Positions 52,474 through 55,309 of a stretch of 55,309 bases of DNA are shown piece by piece. Source of the stretch: an uncultured Candidatus Saccharibacteria bacterium (lineage in GTDB: Bacteria > Patescibacteriota > Minisyncoccia > Portnoybacterales > UBA2143); assembly GCA_964596615.1 (NCBI GenBank), contig CAZQUN010000006.1, positions 1-55,309 of the forward strand, in the 5' to 3' direction. The notes under the pieces were generated by a model. It had not been told where the DNA came from. It made no database searches and worked only from the letters and a program-made list of their open reading frames with translations. Made by a program: the position numbers and the translations under genes. Numbering within the stretch: the stretch's first letter is position 1; the number at the start of each line of letters is the position of its first letter.

Positions 52474-54255
52474 CTACTTTTTCAAAACTTTTAAAAAGAC
52501 GTCTGAGGGAAGATTAATTTTGCCAACCTGTTTCATTTTCTTCTTCCCTTTTTTTTGTTTCTCAAGAAGCTTTCTTTTTCTGGTGTAATCCCCACCGTAA
52601 AGATAGCCGGTAACATCTTTTCTCATTGCCCGGATTGTTTCCCTGGCGACAATATTACTTCCAACTGCTGCCTGAAGAGAAACCGAAAAGAGTTGGGGCG
52701 GAATAACTTCTTTTAATCTTTTAACCAGGGCTTTTCCTTCGGAAAAGGTTTTTTCCTGGTGAATAATCCGGGAAAAGGCCTCAACCTTATCGCCGGCAAC
52801 TAAAATATCCATTTTAACCAGATTGCCGGAACGATAATCGTTAACCTCGTAATTCATTGAAGCATAGCCGGAACTAATATTCTTCAACCGGTCATAAAAA
52901 TCAATAATGATTTCGGATAAAGGAGTTTCGTATTTGATTAAAACTCTTTCAGGGCTTAAATATTTTGTTTCTTTGTATTCGCCTCTTAAACTTTTTAATA
53001 ACTTCATGACCGAGCCCAGATACTGATTAGGAGTAATGACTTCCAAACTAACCCAGGGTTCTTTGATTTCCTCAATCTGATTTGTTTCCGGCAAATCAGA
53101 AGGAGAGGAAACAGAAATCAAATCTCCTTTTTTATCTTTAACCTGGTAATTAACCGAAGGAGTCGTGACAATTAAATCAAGTTTCTTTTCTCTTTTTAAT
53201 CTTTCAGAAACAATTTCTAAATGAAGCATACCCAGAAATCCGGAACGAAAACCTCTTCCCAATCCTTCTGATGATTCTGGTTCATAGGAAAGAGCAGCAT
53301 CATTTAATTTCAATTTAGCCAGGCTGTCTTTTAATAGATTGTAGTCGTTGGCTTGGGCCGGATAAAAACTGGCAAAAACAACCGGTTGGGGCTCCTGGTA
53401 ACCCGGTAATGATTCGGTTTTCTGGCCGGATAAAGCTAATGTTTCTCCGACCCGGCATTTTGAAATATCTTTTAAGCCGGTAGCGATATAGCCGATTTCT
53501 CCGGCTTGAATTGATTCAGTTTTAACAGGACTAGGAGAAAAAACGCCAACTTCTATTATCTCACTTTCTGCTTTTGAAACCAGCATTTTAATTTTCTGGC
53601 CTTTTTTAATTTCTCCGTCAATTGCTCTGACGTAGGCAATAACTCCTTTAAAATCATCATAACTTGAATCAAAAATTAAAGACCGGAATGGTTTTTCTAA
53701 TTTTCCTTGGGGCGAAGGAATTCTTTTGATAACGGCTTCTAAAACCTGTTCTATGCCTTGTCCTGTCTTAGCTGAGATTCTTAAAATATCTTTTTTGTTA
53801 ATTCCGAGTAGTTGGCTCATTTCATCAGTAGTTTCTTCAACCTGAGCATGAGCCAGATCAATTTTGTTAATAACCGGGATAATGACTAAATTCTGTTTTT
53901 TAGCCAGATGTAAATTGGCCAGGGTCTGGGCCTGGACTCCCTGGCTGGCATCAACTAAAAGTATTACCCCCTCAACAGCCGCCAGGCTTCTTGAGACCTC
54001 GTAAGTAAAATCAACATGGCCAGGAGTATCTATCAGATTTAAAACATACTCTTGGTATTCCATCCGAACCGGTTGGAGCTTAATGGTAATACCTTTTTCT
54101 CTTTCCAAGTCCATCATATCAAGAAACTGTTCCTTCATTTTTCTTTTCTCAACAGATTGGGTCAATTCCAAAAAACGGTCAGCCAGAGTTGACTTACCGT
54201 GATCAACATGACTAATGATACAAAAATTTCTAATGTTTGATTGATTTATTACCAT
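52474..54255 (-). CDS. lepA: Elongation factor 4 (LepA)
   Basis: IRNFCIISHVDHGKSTLADRFLE, DTPGHVDF and NKIDL are GTPase motifs. The LepA-specific C-terminus is present. 593 aa. Confidence 0.95.
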   Translation of the reverse strand: MVINQSNIRNFCIISHVDHGKSTLADRFLELTQSVEKRKMKEQFLDMMDLEREKGITIKLQPVRMEYQEYVLNLIDTPGHVDFTYEVSRSLAAVEGVILLVDASQGVQAQTLANLHLAKKQNLVIIPVINKIDLAHAQVEETTDEMSQLLGINKKDILRISAKTGQGIEQVLEAVIKRIPSPQGKLEKPFRSLIFDSSYDDFKGVIAYVRAIDGEIKKGQKIKMLVSKAESEIIEVGVFSPSPVKTESIQAGEIGYIATGLKDISKCRVGETLALSGQKTESLPGYQEPQPVVFASFYPAQANDYNLLKDSLAKLKLNDAALSYEPESSEGLGRGFRSGFLGMLHLEIVSERLKREKKLDLIVTTPSVNYQVKDKKGDLISVSSPSDLPETNQIEEIKEPWVSLEVITPNQYLGSVMKLLKSLRGEYKETKYLSPERVLIKYETPLSEIIIDFYDRLKNISSGYASMNYEVNDYRSGNLVKMDILVAGDKVEAFSRIIHQEKTFSEGKALVKRLKEVIPPQLFSVSLQAAVGSNIVARETIRAMRKDVTGYLYGGDYTRKRKLLEKQKKGKKKMKQVGKINLPSDVFLKVLKK

Positions 54256-54290
54256 AAGAAAAACTGCCCCAAGGCAGTCCCTTTAATAAT

Positions 54291-54509
54291 CTATAGCTCC
54301 AAAAACTCATCTTTAGGAATGCTAATTTGTTCAATAATCCTTTTTACCAAAGGTAGTCCAATATCTTTTCCATGAGGATTCGGGATGAATATTTTCTGCT
54401 TTCCCTTAATCATATACTCATGCTTTGTAGCAACAAAAGGACCGGTAAAACCTAATTTCTTTAACTTCTTAATCAGAATTCGTCTTTTAAGAGGAACTAG
54501 TTTGGGCAT
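54291..54509 (-). CDS. hicA: HicA-family toxin (mRNA interferase)
   Basis: 72 aa with the pattern LIKKLKKLGF...TKHEYM..GKQKIFIPNPHGKDIGLPLVKRIIEQ. It overlaps the upstream antitoxin gene. Confidence 0.7.
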   Translation of the reverse strand: MPKLVPLKRRILIKKLKKLGFTGPFVATKHEYMIKGKQKIFIPNPHGKDIGLPLVKRIIEQISIPKDEFLEL

Positions 54510-54756
54510 AGGAAAGCGGCTTTTGAAAATCTATTTTTTTGAAACCGGGGAGCGAATGATGATTATGTAAACTAACCAAAACATAATCTTCAATTACTTC
54601 AGCCAATTGTTCTCTAACTTCTTCTACTGTTTCTGCCTGCGCATAAGCGCCGGGTAAAATATCAAGACTGGCACACCAGTTTTTAGTCTGCTTATCGTAT
54701 TCGTAATTTGCTTTTTTGAGAAGTTTCTCAATGTAAGAATTAATAAAAAGCTTCAT
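54487..54756 (-). CDS. hicB: HicB-family antitoxin (N-terminal UPF0150-like domain only)
   Basis: 89 aa with the pattern YEYDKQTKNWCASLDILPGAYAQAETVEEVREQLAEVIEDYV. Confidence 0.65.
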   Translation of the reverse strand: MKLFINSYIEKLLKKANYEYDKQTKNWCASLDILPGAYAQAETVEEVREQLAEVIEDYVLVSLHNHHSLPGFKKIDFQKPLSYAQTSSS

Positions 54757-54802
54757 AGTTTAATAATACCACCCTTAAATCTCCTGTCAACTATCACTGG
54801 TA

Positions 54803-54831
54803 TTGACATATCTAATCTTATTAAGTATATT
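54803..54831 (+). promoter_or_regulatory. Candidate promoter for the 54892 gene, overlapping a TGTCAA/TTGACA inverted repeat shared with the divergent hicBA promoter
   Basis: TTGACA (54803-54808), then 17 nt, then TATATT (54826-54831). The minus strand reads TTGACA (54785-54790), then 16 nt, then TATTAT just before the hicB ATG. Confidence 0.4.
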
Positions 54832-54891
54832 AACAATATTCAAAATGGCAAGTCCTTTTCAACATTAACCTTAACGAAAGAGAGGGAACAA

Positions 54892-55158
54892 ATGGACCAA
54901 ATAATTGACAAAATAAAAAAGGAGATGGCAGGGAGCAATGATTTTTTTGACCTTTTTGCAGAATACTGGACAGAGGCTAAAAAAACCAAGAGATTTCAAA
55001 CAGACAGAGAAAGAATCAGATTTTTCTTTCTGAGCTGTGGTTCTACGCTCACAGCTAAACTCGCCGAATCCCTTGCCAAATCGGGCCAAGAAAGGAAAGA
55101 GGCCTTTAAAGAAGCATGTTCAATAGCGCTTCAAGTCTATGGCCATTTATATAGTTAA
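54892..55158 (+). CDS. Small helical protein, unknown
   Basis: 88 aa with an ATG preceded by GAGGG. A promoter-like element lies upstream and a clean terminator downstream. Confidence 0.6.
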   Translation: MDQIIDKIKKEMAGSNDFFDLFAEYWTEAKKTKRFQTDRERIRFFFLSCGSTLTAKLAESLAKSGQERKEAFKEACSIALQVYGHLYS

Positions 55159-55179
55159 AACCGATAAAGCAAACACGAA

Positions 55180-55211
55180 GGGGGTGGTCAGAAATGATCG
55201 CCCTCTTTTTA
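55180..55211 (+). terminator. Rho-independent terminator
   Basis: GGGGGTGGTCA-GAAA-TGATCGCCCTC (11 bp with 3 G.U pairs and a GNRA loop) followed by TTTTT. Confidence 0.7.
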
Positions 55212-55309
55212 TTCCCCTATTTCTGTTGTCTTTACCTTCTTCCAAGGCAGACGACTGGTCAAAGGCAGCAAAAAGATATCTAATCCGCTTAATCTTAAAA
55301 ACCAGGCAG

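Noticed and set aside
54871-55089. Minus-strand 72-aa ORF opposite 54892-55158
   Set aside because: The plus-strand gene has a promoter-like element, an SD-like GAGGG and a clean terminator, whereas the minus-strand frame has none of these and a Cys/Phe-rich odd composition.

Overview
The window reads as a small-genome, Patescibacteria/CPR-like bacterial chromosome segment. It uses the standard genetic code, with TGA as a stop at several ATGA gene junctions. There are five blocks. (1) 1-27372 is a phage-derived region with every gene on the minus strand, truncated at the left edge. Its order is HTH, small ORFs, AAA ATPase, RepO-like initiator, SLT lysin, a KhpA-like KH-domain protein, a ParB-methylase plus a second methylase, TerS/TerL, three envelope cargo genes (MltG-like plus two secreted proteins), portal, acidic scaffold, major capsid, an amidase carrying a triplicated unknown domain, tail proteins and fibre, and internal proteins. 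This block carries a strand-specific 9-mer (AAAGGTCGA on the coding strand) 18-34 nt upstream of at least eight gene starts. It also has several intergenic stem-loops, some with compensatory changes or G.U pairs that only work on the minus-strand RNA. (2) 27584-29120 is a stand-alone 16S rRNA gene (minus) with promoter, precursor processing stem and terminator, and with non-canonical bases at several 'universal' sites. (3) 29215-38117 holds core genes: trmD, khpA-like, rpsP, rnc, nusB, rpmF, iscU, cysteine desulfurase, a GT2, a polytopic membrane protein, an FKBP and a trypsin-like protease. (4) ~38150-49273 is an accessory island. It contains a complete Type III R-M system with a highly structured mod leader, an HTH gene plus an Hjc-like PD-(D/E)XK gene, a 653-aa orphan, a DUF5659-like protein, a Rep-like protein, and a large serine recombinase whose ORF reads across a host terminator, tRNA-Gln and the ftsX 3' end. 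(5) 49308-55309 holds tRNA-Gln, ftsX, ftsE, a prfB lacking the whole N-terminal domain, tRNA-Thr, tRNA-Gly, ftsB-like, lepA, hicAB and an orphan gene. No CRISPR array, transposase or 23S/5S gene is visible. All functional calls rest on motifs read by eye from the translations; no database search was possible.
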